Source: Actinomycetales bacterium
GTDB taxonomy: Bacteria; Actinomycetota; Actinomycetes; Actinomycetales; Quadrisphaeraceae
Length of the DNA stretch: 64,000 nt
Direction: 5' to 3'
Assembly: GCA_022701985.1 (NCBI GenBank)
Contig: JAKONK010000053.1
Span: forward strand, 1,320 to 65,319
Made by a program: the position numbers and the translations under genes. Positions 1-8,103 of this stretch are shown here, in pieces. The notes under the pieces are model-generated. The model was not told the DNA's origin. It searched no databases and worked only from the letters and a program-made list of their open reading frames with translations. Every line of letters begins with the position of its first letter. Position 1 is the stretch's first letter.

Positions 1-38
1 TCACGCCCCCGATGCTCCCAGACCCCTCCCACCCCCTC

Positions 39-120
39 CGTGATCATGGGCTCCACGCACGCGGACGACCGTGATCATGGGACCTGTGCACGGCGCTCGT
101 GCGTGGATCCCATGATCACG
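39..120. repeat. REP-like palindromic element with three CGTGATCATGGG copies
   Basis: Arm 39-61 (CGTGATCATGGGCTCCACGCACG) pairs with arm 98-120 with one mismatch; a third direct copy lies at 70-81; intergenic, downstream of the kinase gene. Confidence 0.7.
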
Positions 121-132
121 GTCGGGAGGGGG

Positions 133-1542
133 TCAGCGCAGGGGCAGGCGGGCCTCCACCACGGTCGGGCCTCCGGCGGGGCTGGCCACGGTGAGCGCGC
201 CGTCCACCGACTCCGCACGGGCCTTCAGACCCCTCAGCCCGGTGCCCGCGGCGCCGGCCGGATCGGCGCCCCCGATGCCGTCGTCCTCCACGCGCACGAC
301 GAGCCACGTCGCCTCGGGCTGCGGCTCGCCGCGCAGGTCGACGACCACGGCGCGCGCCCCGCTGTGCTTGGCGGCGTTGGTCAGCGCCTCCGCGACCACG
401 AAGTAGGCGGTGCGCTCGACGGCGCTGGGCAGGCGGCGCCCCGCCAGTGACGGTCCCAGGTCGGCGCGGACCACCGCGGGGACGGCGCTGCGGGAGGCCA
501 GCGACTCCACCGCCGCCACCAGGCCGCGGTCGACCAGGACCGGCGGGGCGATCCCGCGGGAGAGGGCGCGCAGCTCGGCCAGGGCCTCCTGCGCCTGCTG
601 CCGGGCCTCGCCGAGCGCGGCGGTGGCGGCCTCCGCGTCTCCCGATGCCAGGCGGCGCTGGGTGGCGGCGAGATCCATCTCCAGGCGCACCAGGCGCTGC
701 TGGGGACCGTCGTGCAGGTCGCGCTCCAGGGAGCGCAGGGCGGCGGCCTCGGCGTCGGAGGCGGCGGCGCGGGTGGCGGTCAGCACCTCGACGCGCTGGG
801 CCAGGGCCCGCACCGAGGAGTTCCCGATGGTGCCGCGGGCGAAGGCCGCGTGGGCGAAGGCGAGACCGCGGGCGACCGGGACGAGGGTCACGAGCAGGAC
901 GACGCCGACCACGACCTGCCAGGCGACGGGGAGCCCGGTGATCCCGGCGACCGTGATGCTCCCCCGGCCGGCGGCGGCCTCGGCCCGCTCGCCCCACGCC
1001 CAGTAGCTGACCCCGGCGAGCCCAGTGACCAGCCAGGTGACGGTGGTGGTCCAGGTCAGGGTGGCGAGGGCGATGGCGATGGCGCCGTGCAGGAGGTCGA
1101 GCCAGAGCTGGCCGTCACGCAGCCAGTCCCACCAGCGCCACCAGCGCCCGGTGCGGTTCGGGGCGGGCGGGGTCAGCGGGGAGCCGGCGGGGGCCGGCGG
1201 CGGGATCCGCTCACCGGTCCAGGAGAGGCGGAACCGCTCCAGGTGGGCGAACCCGCGGGCGCAGGCCAGCGTCGCCAGGAGCACGAGCAGGGCCACGGGC
1301 AGCAGCACCACGGTGCTGGCGAGCCCGGTGACGAGGCTGGAGAGCACCCAGCCCACCGCCGCCGAGGCGACGGCGACCGGCAGGCCGGTCAGCAGGTAGA
1401 GCAGGTCGCCGGGGGTCCTGCGGAGCCAGCCCAGCGGCGGGGCGGAGCGGCCGGGCGCGGGGCCCGCCGGAGGCGGAGGGGGCGGGGTCACGCCCGCGCC
1501 GTCGGAGGGAGGGAGGGGGGCGGTGTCGGTCGCTGCGGACAT
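133..1542 (-). CDS. Membrane sensor histidine kinase (HisKA_3/NarL-type pair, putative-sensor TM domain)
   Basis: H-box LERDLHDGPQQRL, N-box EALTNAAKHS, G-box DDGIGG, several TM helices; start reset to ATG 1542 (MSAATD), with CAGGCT 7 nt upstream. Confidence 0.9.
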   Translation of the reverse strand: MSAATDTAPLPPSDGAGVTPPPPPPAGPAPGRSAPPLGWLRRTPGDLLYLLTGLPVAVASAAVGWVLSSLVTGLASTVVLLPVALLVLLATLACARGFAHLERFRLSWTGERIPPPAPAGSPLTPPAPNRTGRWWRWWDWLRDGQLWLDLLHGAIAIALATLTWTTTVTWLVTGLAGVSYWAWGERAEAAAGRGSITVAGITGLPVAWQVVVGVVLLVTLVPVARGLAFAHAAFARGTIGNSSVRALAQRVEVLTATRAAASDAEAAALRSLERDLHDGPQQRLVRLEMDLAATQRRLASGDAEAATAALGEARQQAQEALAELRALSRGIAPPVLVDRGLVAAVESLASRSAVPAVVRADLGPSLAGRRLPSAVERTAYFVVAEALTNAAKHSGARAVVVDLRGEPQPEATWLVVRVEDDGIGGADPAGAAGTGLRGLKARAESVDGALTVASPAGGPTVVEARLPLR

Positions 1543-1598
1543 GTCCTCGAGCCTGGTCTCCGGAGCGCCACGCTCCCAGGGTGCTCCCCGGCGTCTGC

Positions 1599-1620
1599 GG
1601 GGTGGGGCCAGCCCCACCCC
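1599..1620. promoter_or_regulatory. Palindrome GGGGTGGGGC-CA-GCCCCACCCC upstream of the kinase gene (candidate operator)
   Basis: Perfect 10-bp arms with a 2-nt spacer, about 45 bp upstream of the kinase -10 element. Confidence 0.4.
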
Positions 1621-1654
1621 GGCGGGGCCGCCACCCCCCGGCCTCAGGTCCCCG

Positions 1655-2386
1655 TCACCCCAGGGCGAACCGGTGCAGGTCTCCCGCGTACGCCTTGGCC
1701 GGCGGGCGGGCGTACTCCCCGCGCCGGCTGGTGGACAGGCCCGCCAGCACCAGGGCCTGCGCCATGCCGACGGCCGCGGCCACGCCGTCGACGACGGGCA
1801 CACCGAGCTCGGCGGACAGCGACGTCGCGAGGTCGCTCATCCCGGCGCAGCCCAGGACGACGACGTCGCTGCCGTCGTCGTCCAGCGCCCTCGCGCACGC
1901 CGCCGCGATCGTGGCGCGGGCGAGGGGGTCGGTCTCCAGCTCCAGGACCGGGATCTCGCAGGCGTGCACGCCGGCGCAGTGCTCCCCGAAGCCGTAGCGG
2001 ACGGCCAGCTCCCGCGCCCGCGCCGTGGTGCGCCCGAGGGTGGTGACCACGCTGAAGGTGCGCCCGACCACGACCGCGGCGTGCATGGCGGCCTCGGCGA
2101 TGCCCAGGACGGGCCCGGCCGCCACCTCGCGGCAGGCGTCCAGCCCCGGGTCGCCGAAGCAGGCGACCACGTGGGCGTCGGCGCCGCTGGCGCTGCCCTC
2201 GAGCACGGCCTCCAGGAGGCCGGGGACGGCGAGCGCCTCGTCGTAGTGGCTCTCGATGCTGGCCGGTCCCGAGCGGGACGTGACGGCGCGCACGGTGGTG
2301 CCCGGGCCGGCGGCGGCCCGGGCACCCTCCGCGACGAGCGCCGTCATGGATCCCGTGGTGTTGGGGTTGACGACGTCGACGATCAC
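1655..2386 (-). CDS. Asp/Glu/hydantoin racemase family protein (allantoin racemase-like)
   Basis: VVNPNTT, ACFGDPG and LGCAGM motifs with two catalytic Cys; GTG start overlaps the NCS1 stop (GTGA). Confidence 0.88.
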   Translation of the reverse strand: MIVDVVNPNTTGSMTALVAEGARAAAGPGTTVRAVTSRSGPASIESHYDEALAVPGLLEAVLEGSASGADAHVVACFGDPGLDACREVAAGPVLGIAEAAMHAAVVVGRTFSVVTTLGRTTARARELAVRYGFGEHCAGVHACEIPVLELETDPLARATIAAACARALDDDGSDVVVLGCAGMSDLATSLSAELGVPVVDGVAAAVGMAQALVLAGLSTSRRGEYARPPAKAYAGDLHRFALG

Positions 2387-4020
2387 CGGACGTCGACCAC
2401 CGCGGGCGCGGCGGGACGCGCGTCGTGGGTGGTGCCGTCCGTGAGGTCGGGCTCGGTCTCGGCGAGGGCCATGGCCGCCAGCGTCGGCGAGCCGGGGCGC
2501 AGCGCCAGGGCGCGGTAGACCACCAGCCCCAGGCCGCAGCCGACGAACCAGGACCAGTCGCTGACCCAGAGGCCCTGCCCGAGCAGGCGGGGCAGCAGCA
2601 CCGAGGCGATGGCGACGGCTCCGGCGACCGCCGTGGCGGTGATGGCGTCGGGGTTGTAGCCGCCCCGGTACCAGTAGGCGCTGCGGTCGCTCATGGAGTA
2701 CATGGCGTCGACGGCGATGCGCTGGCGGCGGACCAGGTAGTAGTCGGCGATGAGCACGCCGAACAGCGGGCCGATCAGCGCGCCGAGGATGCCGAGGGTG
2801 TAGTGGATCGCGGTGTCGTTGGCGTACCAGTTCCACGGCGTGAGCAGCACCGACCCGACGGCGGCGATCATGCCGCCGGCGCGCCAGGAGATCTTCTGGG
2901 GGCTGACGTTGGAGAAGTCGAACGCCGGCGCGATGAAGTTGGCGACGATGTTGATGCCGATGGTCGCGGTGGTGAAGGTGACGGCGCCGAGCACCACCGC
3001 GAAGGTCGAGTCGATCTGGGCGACGGTCTCCACCGGGTCGGTGATGAGGCGGCCGTACACGGGCAGCGTCGCGGCGGCCGTCAGCACGGTGAGCAGCGAG
3101 AACAGCACGAAGTTCACCGGCAGGCCGAGGAAGTTGCCCCGCTTCACCGCCTTGAAGGAGCGCGCGTAGCGGGAGAAGTCGCCGAAGTTGAGCATCGGGC
3201 CGGAGAAGTAGGCGACCACCAGGGCCGTCGCGGAGAGCATCGTGCCGAGCTGCTGCAGCGGGGTCAGGGACACCTCGGACAGCGTCAGCGAGACGGCGAA
3301 GTCGGCCTTCACCAGCAGGTAGCCGCACAGCACGAACATCACGACGTAGACCGCGGGTCCGCAGAAGTCGATGAACCTCCTGATGGCCTCCATGCCCCGC
3401 CAGAACACGGCCGCCTGCACCGCCCAGAGGAAGGCGTAGGTGGCGTAGCCGAGCAGGCTGAGCCCCAGGAAGCCGTGCTGGGAGGCGTCGGCGTAGGGCG
3501 CCAGACCCGGCCAGAGGCGGATGAGGACGACGTCGAGCGCCGCCGAGGCGAGGTAGGTCTGGATGCCGTACCACGCCACGGCGATGGCACCGCGGATGAT
3601 CGCGGGGAGGTTCGCGCCCCTGACGCCGAAGACCGCCCGGTTCACCACGGCGTAGGGCACCCCGGTGACCTGGCTCGGCTTGGCGACGAGGTTGCACAGG
3701 ACGTAGACGATGGTGATGCCGGCGATCAGCGCCACGAAGACCTGCCAGCTGGCCAGGCCCAGCGCGAACAGGCTGCCCGCCGTCACGTACCCGCCGACGC
3801 TGTGCACGTCCGACATCCAGAAGGCGAAGAGGTTGTACGAGCCCCACCGCTGCTGGCGCAGCGGGGCGAGGTCGGCGTTGGTCAGGCGCGGGTCGTAACC
3901 CGGCTTGATGAGGGCGTCGCCGGCGGCGCCGTGCGCCGCGAGCGGGACGGGGGTGGCGTCGACGACGACCGCCGGCGGAGCTCCGCCGGTGACGTGCGAG
4001 CGCGTGGTGAGGTCGGGCAC
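2383..4020 (-). CDS. NCS1 nucleobase:cation symporter (allantoin/uracil permease-like)
   Basis: 12-TM pattern; FAFWMSDVHSVGGY, LNFGDFSRY and NIVANF motifs; GAGGAG SD. Confidence 0.9.
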   Translation of the reverse strand: MPDLTTRSHVTGGAPPAVVVDATPVPLAAHGAAGDALIKPGYDPRLTNADLAPLRQQRWGSYNLFAFWMSDVHSVGGYVTAGSLFALGLASWQVFVALIAGITIVYVLCNLVAKPSQVTGVPYAVVNRAVFGVRGANLPAIIRGAIAVAWYGIQTYLASAALDVVLIRLWPGLAPYADASQHGFLGLSLLGYATYAFLWAVQAAVFWRGMEAIRRFIDFCGPAVYVVMFVLCGYLLVKADFAVSLTLSEVSLTPLQQLGTMLSATALVVAYFSGPMLNFGDFSRYARSFKAVKRGNFLGLPVNFVLFSLLTVLTAAATLPVYGRLITDPVETVAQIDSTFAVVLGAVTFTTATIGINIVANFIAPAFDFSNVSPQKISWRAGGMIAAVGSVLLTPWNWYANDTAIHYTLGILGALIGPLFGVLIADYYLVRRQRIAVDAMYSMSDRSAYWYRGGYNPDAITATAVAGAVAIASVLLPRLLGQGLWVSDWSWFVGCGLGLVVYRALALRPGSPTLAAMALAETEPDLTDGTTHDARPAAPAVVDVR

Positions 4021-4124
4021 GGGGGGCTCCTCGCGGTGGGGTTCCTGCGTGGCTGCTGCTGGGTGATGACGCTAGGAAGCCCGTGTTGCGCCTGGGTTGC
4101 CGTCGTCGTATATCTCCGCGCGGC

Positions 4125-4811
4125 TCACGCGCCCTCGAGGGGGGCCTCGGCCACGACGTCCTCGAGGTGCCGGTGGTGGGCCGCCGCCACCTCCAGCAGC
4201 GCCTCGGCGTCACGGACGGCGAACGCCTCCAGCATCGCGGCGTGCTCGGTGTGGAGGTGCTCCCGCGCCTGCAGCGTCGACCAGCGCATCGGCTGCTCCG
4301 GCTCGGTGAGGTTCCAGGCCTGCTCGACCATGCCCAGCAGCCGGGGCATCGCCGACGGCGCCATCAGCGCCAGGTGGAAGGCGCGGCTGTGCTCGTGGTA
4401 CGCCCGCAGGTCGCCCTCGCCGAGCGCCTGGCGCAGCGCGTCGAGGGCCGCCCGGGCCGCGCGGACGTGCCCGTCGGCCACGCGGGGGGCCGCGGCGCGC
4501 AGGGCGGCCGCCTCCAGAGCGCCCCGGACGACGTAGAGCTCGGAGAGCTCCCCGCGGGAGAGCCGCGCCACCGCGTAGCCGGCGTGGGCGCGGTGGACCA
4601 CCAGCCCCTCCCCCACGAGGACCTGCAGCGCCTCGCGCACCGGGATGGGACTGACCCCGAAGGCCTCGGCCACCTCCCGCAGCGGGATGGCGCACCCGGG
4701 GGTGGCGTCGCCGGACAGGACGGCGCGCCGCAGCTCGGCCAGGACCTCCCGGGCGGGCTGGCGCCCCGTCGGTGCCCGCAGGCGCGCGACGAGGGGTGAG
4801 GGGTGCCGCAC
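4125..4811 (-). CDS. GntR-family (FCD) transcriptional regulator
   Basis: wHTH with VSPIPVREAL and a C-terminal FCD domain; TAGCCT 6 nt upstream of the GTG. Confidence 0.88.
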   Translation of the reverse strand: MRHPSPLVARLRAPTGRQPAREVLAELRRAVLSGDATPGCAIPLREVAEAFGVSPIPVREALQVLVGEGLVVHRAHAGYAVARLSRGELSELYVVRGALEAAALRAAAPRVADGHVRAARAALDALRQALGEGDLRAYHEHSRAFHLALMAPSAMPRLLGMVEQAWNLTEPEQPMRWSTLQAREHLHTEHAAMLEAFAVRDAEALLEVAAAHHRHLEDVVAEAPLEGA

Positions 4812-4869
4812 CGGCGCAGGCTAGGTCCGCTGGTGCGCCCGCAGGGGGTCGCGCGCCCGATCCGCCGGC

Positions 4870-4910
4870 ACCAGAAGACCCCCCGCCGCTGCCGCGACGA
4901 GGGGTCTGGT
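4870..4910 (-). terminator. Imperfect hairpin after tRNA-Thr
   Basis: AGACCCC (4876-4882) pairs with GGGGTCT (4901-4907); no U-tract. Confidence 0.35.
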
Positions 4911-4985
4911 GGAGCCGCCTCGGGGAATCGAACCCCGGACCTATTCATTACGAGTGAATCGCTCTGCCGACTGAGCTAAGGCGGC
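4910..4985 (-). tRNA. tRNA-Thr (anticodon CGT)
   Basis: Reverse complement GCCGCCTTAGCTCAGTCGGCAGAGCG-ATTCA-CT-CGT-AA-TGAAT-AGGTCCGGGGTTCGATTCCCCGAGGCGGCTCCA; 76 nt with encoded CCA. Confidence 0.97.
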
Positions 4986-5233
4986 GCGCACGACGGCCAG
5001 CGCCGTGCAGCGCGCCCACCATACCCGGCGCGCCCGCCCGGACACGCCGGACTCCTCAAGACCGCGGCGCGTCGCGCCGTTGGGGGGGCATGCGCAACGG
5101 TGCGACGCCCCTCCAAACCACCTCCAGCACGGCGGACCGGCCCGCGGGCCCGCCTCCAGGCCCCCGCTCGGCGGGCCTGACCCCCACCGCCCCCCTCGTG
5201 CAGCGCGCACCGCGCCGGCGCCCCGCGCCGCCG

Positions 5234-5371
5234 GTGAGCCGGGTCGTCGACCTGGAGGCCGGGTCCCTCCTGGAGCTGGTGGACGGACCGGTGGACCGAG
5301 CGGTCGACGAGTCGGCCCTGAGCATCCAGGACCGCGTCCGGCTGCGCGCCGACGAGGCCGCCCGGCGCTGA
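5234..5371 (+). CDS. Small hypothetical protein, 45 aa
   Basis: GTG start; all but two codons (GGA, CGA) end in G/C; fills the gap between the tRNA and a convergent gene. Confidence 0.55.
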   Translation: MSRVVDLEAGSLLELVDGPVDRAVDESALSIQDRVRLRADEAARR

Positions 5372-5386
5372 CGGAGCGCCCGGACA

Positions 5387-6967
5387 TCAGCTGGAGCAGG
5401 TGGCTCCCTGTCCCGGCAGCACGCCGTCGACCAGGTAGCCGTCGACGGCGGCGTCGACGCACGCCGAGCCCCGGCGGTAGGCGGTGTGCCCCTCGCCCTG
5501 CCACGTCAGCAGCCGGCTGCCCGACAGCTGCGCGGCGAGCGACTGGGCCCACACGTACGGCGTGGCCGGGTCGTTGGTGGTGCCCACCACCAGGGACGGC
5601 GCCGCCCCCTCGGCGGAGACGGGCCCGGGGGTGCGCGTGGGAGCGACGGGCCACACCGAGCACTGCAGCGCGCCGTAGCTCAGCGACCTGCCGAACGTCG
5701 GTGACCGCTGCTCCAGCTGGGCGGCCTCGGCGGCCATCGCCTCCGGGCTCGCGTCGACGGGGCGGTCGAGGCAGTTGACCGCCGTGAACGCCTCGAGGAG
5801 GTTGGAGCTGTACTGCCCGCTGGGCAGGCGCCCGGCGTAGGCGTCGGCCAGCTGCAGCAGGGGCGCCCCGTCACCGGACTCCGCGGCCGCGGTGGCGCGG
5901 TCGAGGTAGGGCCAGCTGGTCTGGTTGTACAGCGTGGCCACCACGCCCTGGAACGCCAGCGGCGCCGTCACCGGGCGCGCGGGGTCGGACGTGGCCAGGG
6001 GGCGCTCGCGCGCGCCGTCCAGGACCGCGCGGACGCGCTCGACGACGGCGTCGGCGGTGTCACCGAGCTCGCAGCCGGAGCGCTGGGGGCAGTCGGCGGC
6101 GTACGCGCGCAGCGCCTGCTCGAGGCCCTGCGCCTGGACCAGGGTGACGTCGCTGGAGCTCGAGGCGGGGTCGAGGGCCCCGTCGAGCACGAGGCGGCCC
6201 ACGCGCTGGGGGAACTCCTGCGCGTACACGGCGCCGAGCATCGTGCCGTAGGACTTGCCCAGGTAGTCCAGGTGCTCCGAGCCCACCACCGCGCGCAGCA
6301 CGTCGAGGTCGCGGGCGGCGTCGACGGTGCCCAGGTGGCCCAGGAGCAGGCCGGCGTCGACCTCGCACCCCTGCGCGAACGCCTCGTCCTGCGCCGTCGC
6401 CTCCGCCAGGCCCTCCGGCGTGCTGGCGTCGGAGGTCGCGGCGCGGTAGGCGTCGAACTCGGCGTCGGGCAGGCAGTCGACGGGCTGGGAGGCCCCGGTG
6501 CCGCGCGGGTCGAAGCCGACGACGTCGTAGCGGGCGGCGACCGCGTCGGAGACGACCGCCTGGCTCCCGCCGCGCAGCCACGCCACCCCTGAGGCTCCGG
6601 GACCGCCGGGGTTCACCAGCAGCGCCCCGAGGCGCTCGGAGGAGTCCGTGGCCGGCTGGCGGGCGACGGCGATGCCGACCTCGTCGCGGTCGGGGGCCGA
6701 CCAGTCGACGGGCACCTGGACCGTGGCGCACTCGAGCCCGCCGCCGCAGTCGGCCCACGCGGGGCTCTGGCCGTAGAAGCGCGCCAGGGCGGGGTCGGAG
6801 GCCGCCTCGCCCGGGGCGCTGACGCCGGTGCTGGGCGCCGGGAGGGTGGTGGGGGCGCCGCCGCTGGGCTGCGGCGGACCGCTGCAGCCGGTGACCACCA
6901 CGGCGGCGGCCGCCAGGAGCGAGGCGAGCGCCAGGCGCGCCCGCGGAGCGCGCTGCGTCCCGCTCAC
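5387..6967 (-). CDS. Alpha/beta-hydrolase lipoprotein, TAP-like/Hip1-type peptidase
   Basis: Lipobox VVTGC, NPGGPG, GFDPRG, nucleophile GKSYG, C-terminal GEGH. Confidence 0.88.
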   Translation of the reverse strand: MSGTQRAPRARLALASLLAAAAVVVTGCSGPPQPSGGAPTTLPAPSTGVSAPGEAASDPALARFYGQSPAWADCGGGLECATVQVPVDWSAPDRDEVGIAVARQPATDSSERLGALLVNPGGPGASGVAWLRGGSQAVVSDAVAARYDVVGFDPRGTGASQPVDCLPDAEFDAYRAATSDASTPEGLAEATAQDEAFAQGCEVDAGLLLGHLGTVDAARDLDVLRAVVGSEHLDYLGKSYGTMLGAVYAQEFPQRVGRLVLDGALDPASSSSDVTLVQAQGLEQALRAYAADCPQRSGCELGDTADAVVERVRAVLDGARERPLATSDPARPVTAPLAFQGVVATLYNQTSWPYLDRATAAAESGDGAPLLQLADAYAGRLPSGQYSSNLLEAFTAVNCLDRPVDASPEAMAAEAAQLEQRSPTFGRSLSYGALQCSVWPVAPTRTPGPVSAEGAAPSLVVGTTNDPATPYVWAQSLAAQLSGSRLLTWQGEGHTAYRRGSACVDAAVDGYLVDGVLPGQGATCSS

Positions 6968-8103
6968 GGGCGCAGCGCCAGGGCCATCGCCTCGACGGCG
7001 AGCAGGGGGTTGACGTTGGCAGCGATGCGGGTGCGCGCCCTGCCGACCGCGTCGAGGCGGGCGAGGGTCTGCTCGGGGGCGGTGCGGCGCGCCATCGCCG
7101 CGACCTCGGTGGCCAGCTCGGCGTTCACCAGCTCGACGGTGGCACCCAGCTGCACCACGAGCACGTCGCGGTACAGCGAGGACAGGTCGACCAGGGAGCG
7201 GTCGAGCGCGTCGCGCCGGGACCGGGTGGCCCGCTTCTTCTGGTCGTCCTCCAGGGCGCGCACCTGCGAGCGCAGCGCGGGCGGCAGGGCCCCGGCCGCC
7301 TCGGCGCCCAGCGAGCGGAGCAGCGCCGCGCGCTCTACCGCGTCGCGCTCCGCCGTCGCGGCGGCGGCCTCCTCCGACGCGACCTCGACCAGCTCGCCCG
7401 CGCGCACCACGGCATCCCCCACGCCCGTCACCTCGAGCGCCAGCTGCAGCACCTGCCGGCGCCGCAGCCGCGCTCCCTCGTCACGCGCCAGGCGGCGCGC
7501 GAGGCCGACGTGGCTCTGCGCGGCACGCGCTGCGTGAGCCGCCATCGTCGGGTCGATCCCGTCGCGGCGCACCAGGAGCGCGGCGACGTCGTCGACGGAC
7601 GGCACCCGCAGGCGCACCGGGCGGCACCGCGACTGGATGGTGGTGACCATGTCCTCGGGGCTCGGGGCGCACAGCAGCCACACCGTGCGCGGCGGCGGCT
7701 CCTCGATCGACTTCAGGAGCGTGTTGGCGCTGTGCTCGGTGAAGCGGTCGGCGTCCTCCACGAGCACCACCCTCCACGGTCCGGACGACGGGCGGCGCGC
7801 GGCGCGCTGGACGAGGACGCGGACGTCGTCGACGCCGATGCTGAGCTTCTCGGTGGCGACCACCTCCACGTCGGCGTGACTGCCCGCCAGCACCGTCCGG
7901 CAGGCGTGGCAGCGGCCGCAGCCGGGCTCGCCGTCCCGCTCGCACTGCAGGGCCGCGGCGAAGGCGCGGGCCGCGGTCGACCGCCCGGACCCCGGCGGGC
8001 CGGTGAAGAGCCAGGCGTGGGTCATGGCGGAGGGGTCCTGCGCCGCGCCGCGGAGCTGGGCCACCACCTCGGGCTGCCCGGCGACGTCGTCCCAGACGCT
8101 CAC
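6964..8103 (-). CDS. holB: DNA polymerase III subunit delta'
   Basis: HAWLFTGPPGSG, Zn-binding Cys cluster, NTLLKSIEEP; GTG start overlaps the tmk stop. Confidence 0.93.
   Translation of the reverse strand: MSVWDDVAGQPEVVAQLRGAAQDPSAMTHAWLFTGPPGSGRSTAARAFAAALQCERDGEPGCGRCHACRTVLAGSHADVEVVATEKLSIGVDDVRVLVQRAARRPSSGPWRVVLVEDADRFTEHSANTLLKSIEEPPPRTVWLLCAPSPEDMVTTIQSRCRPVRLRVPSVDDVAALLVRRDGIDPTMAAHAARAAQSHVGLARRLARDEGARLRRRQVLQLALEVTGVGDAVVRAGELVEVASEEAAAATAERDAVERAALLRSLGAEAAGALPPALRSQVRALEDDQKKRATRSRRDALDRSLVDLSSLYRDVLVVQLGATVELVNAELATEVAAMARRTAPEQTLARLDAVGRARTRIAANVNPLLAVEAMALALRP

Noticed and set aside
1655-4213. 852-aa ORF suggesting a frameshifted permease-racemase fusion
   Set aside because: The N-terminal ~600 aa are an Arg/Pro-rich off-frame reading of NCS1; the GTGA overlap at 2383-2386 explains the real racemase start
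4910-4985. Integrated element at tRNA-Thr or tRNA-Pro
   Set aside because: No integrase and no att-length duplication; the 11-nt match AGGCGGCTCCA at 41501 lies inside whiB4 and is chance-level
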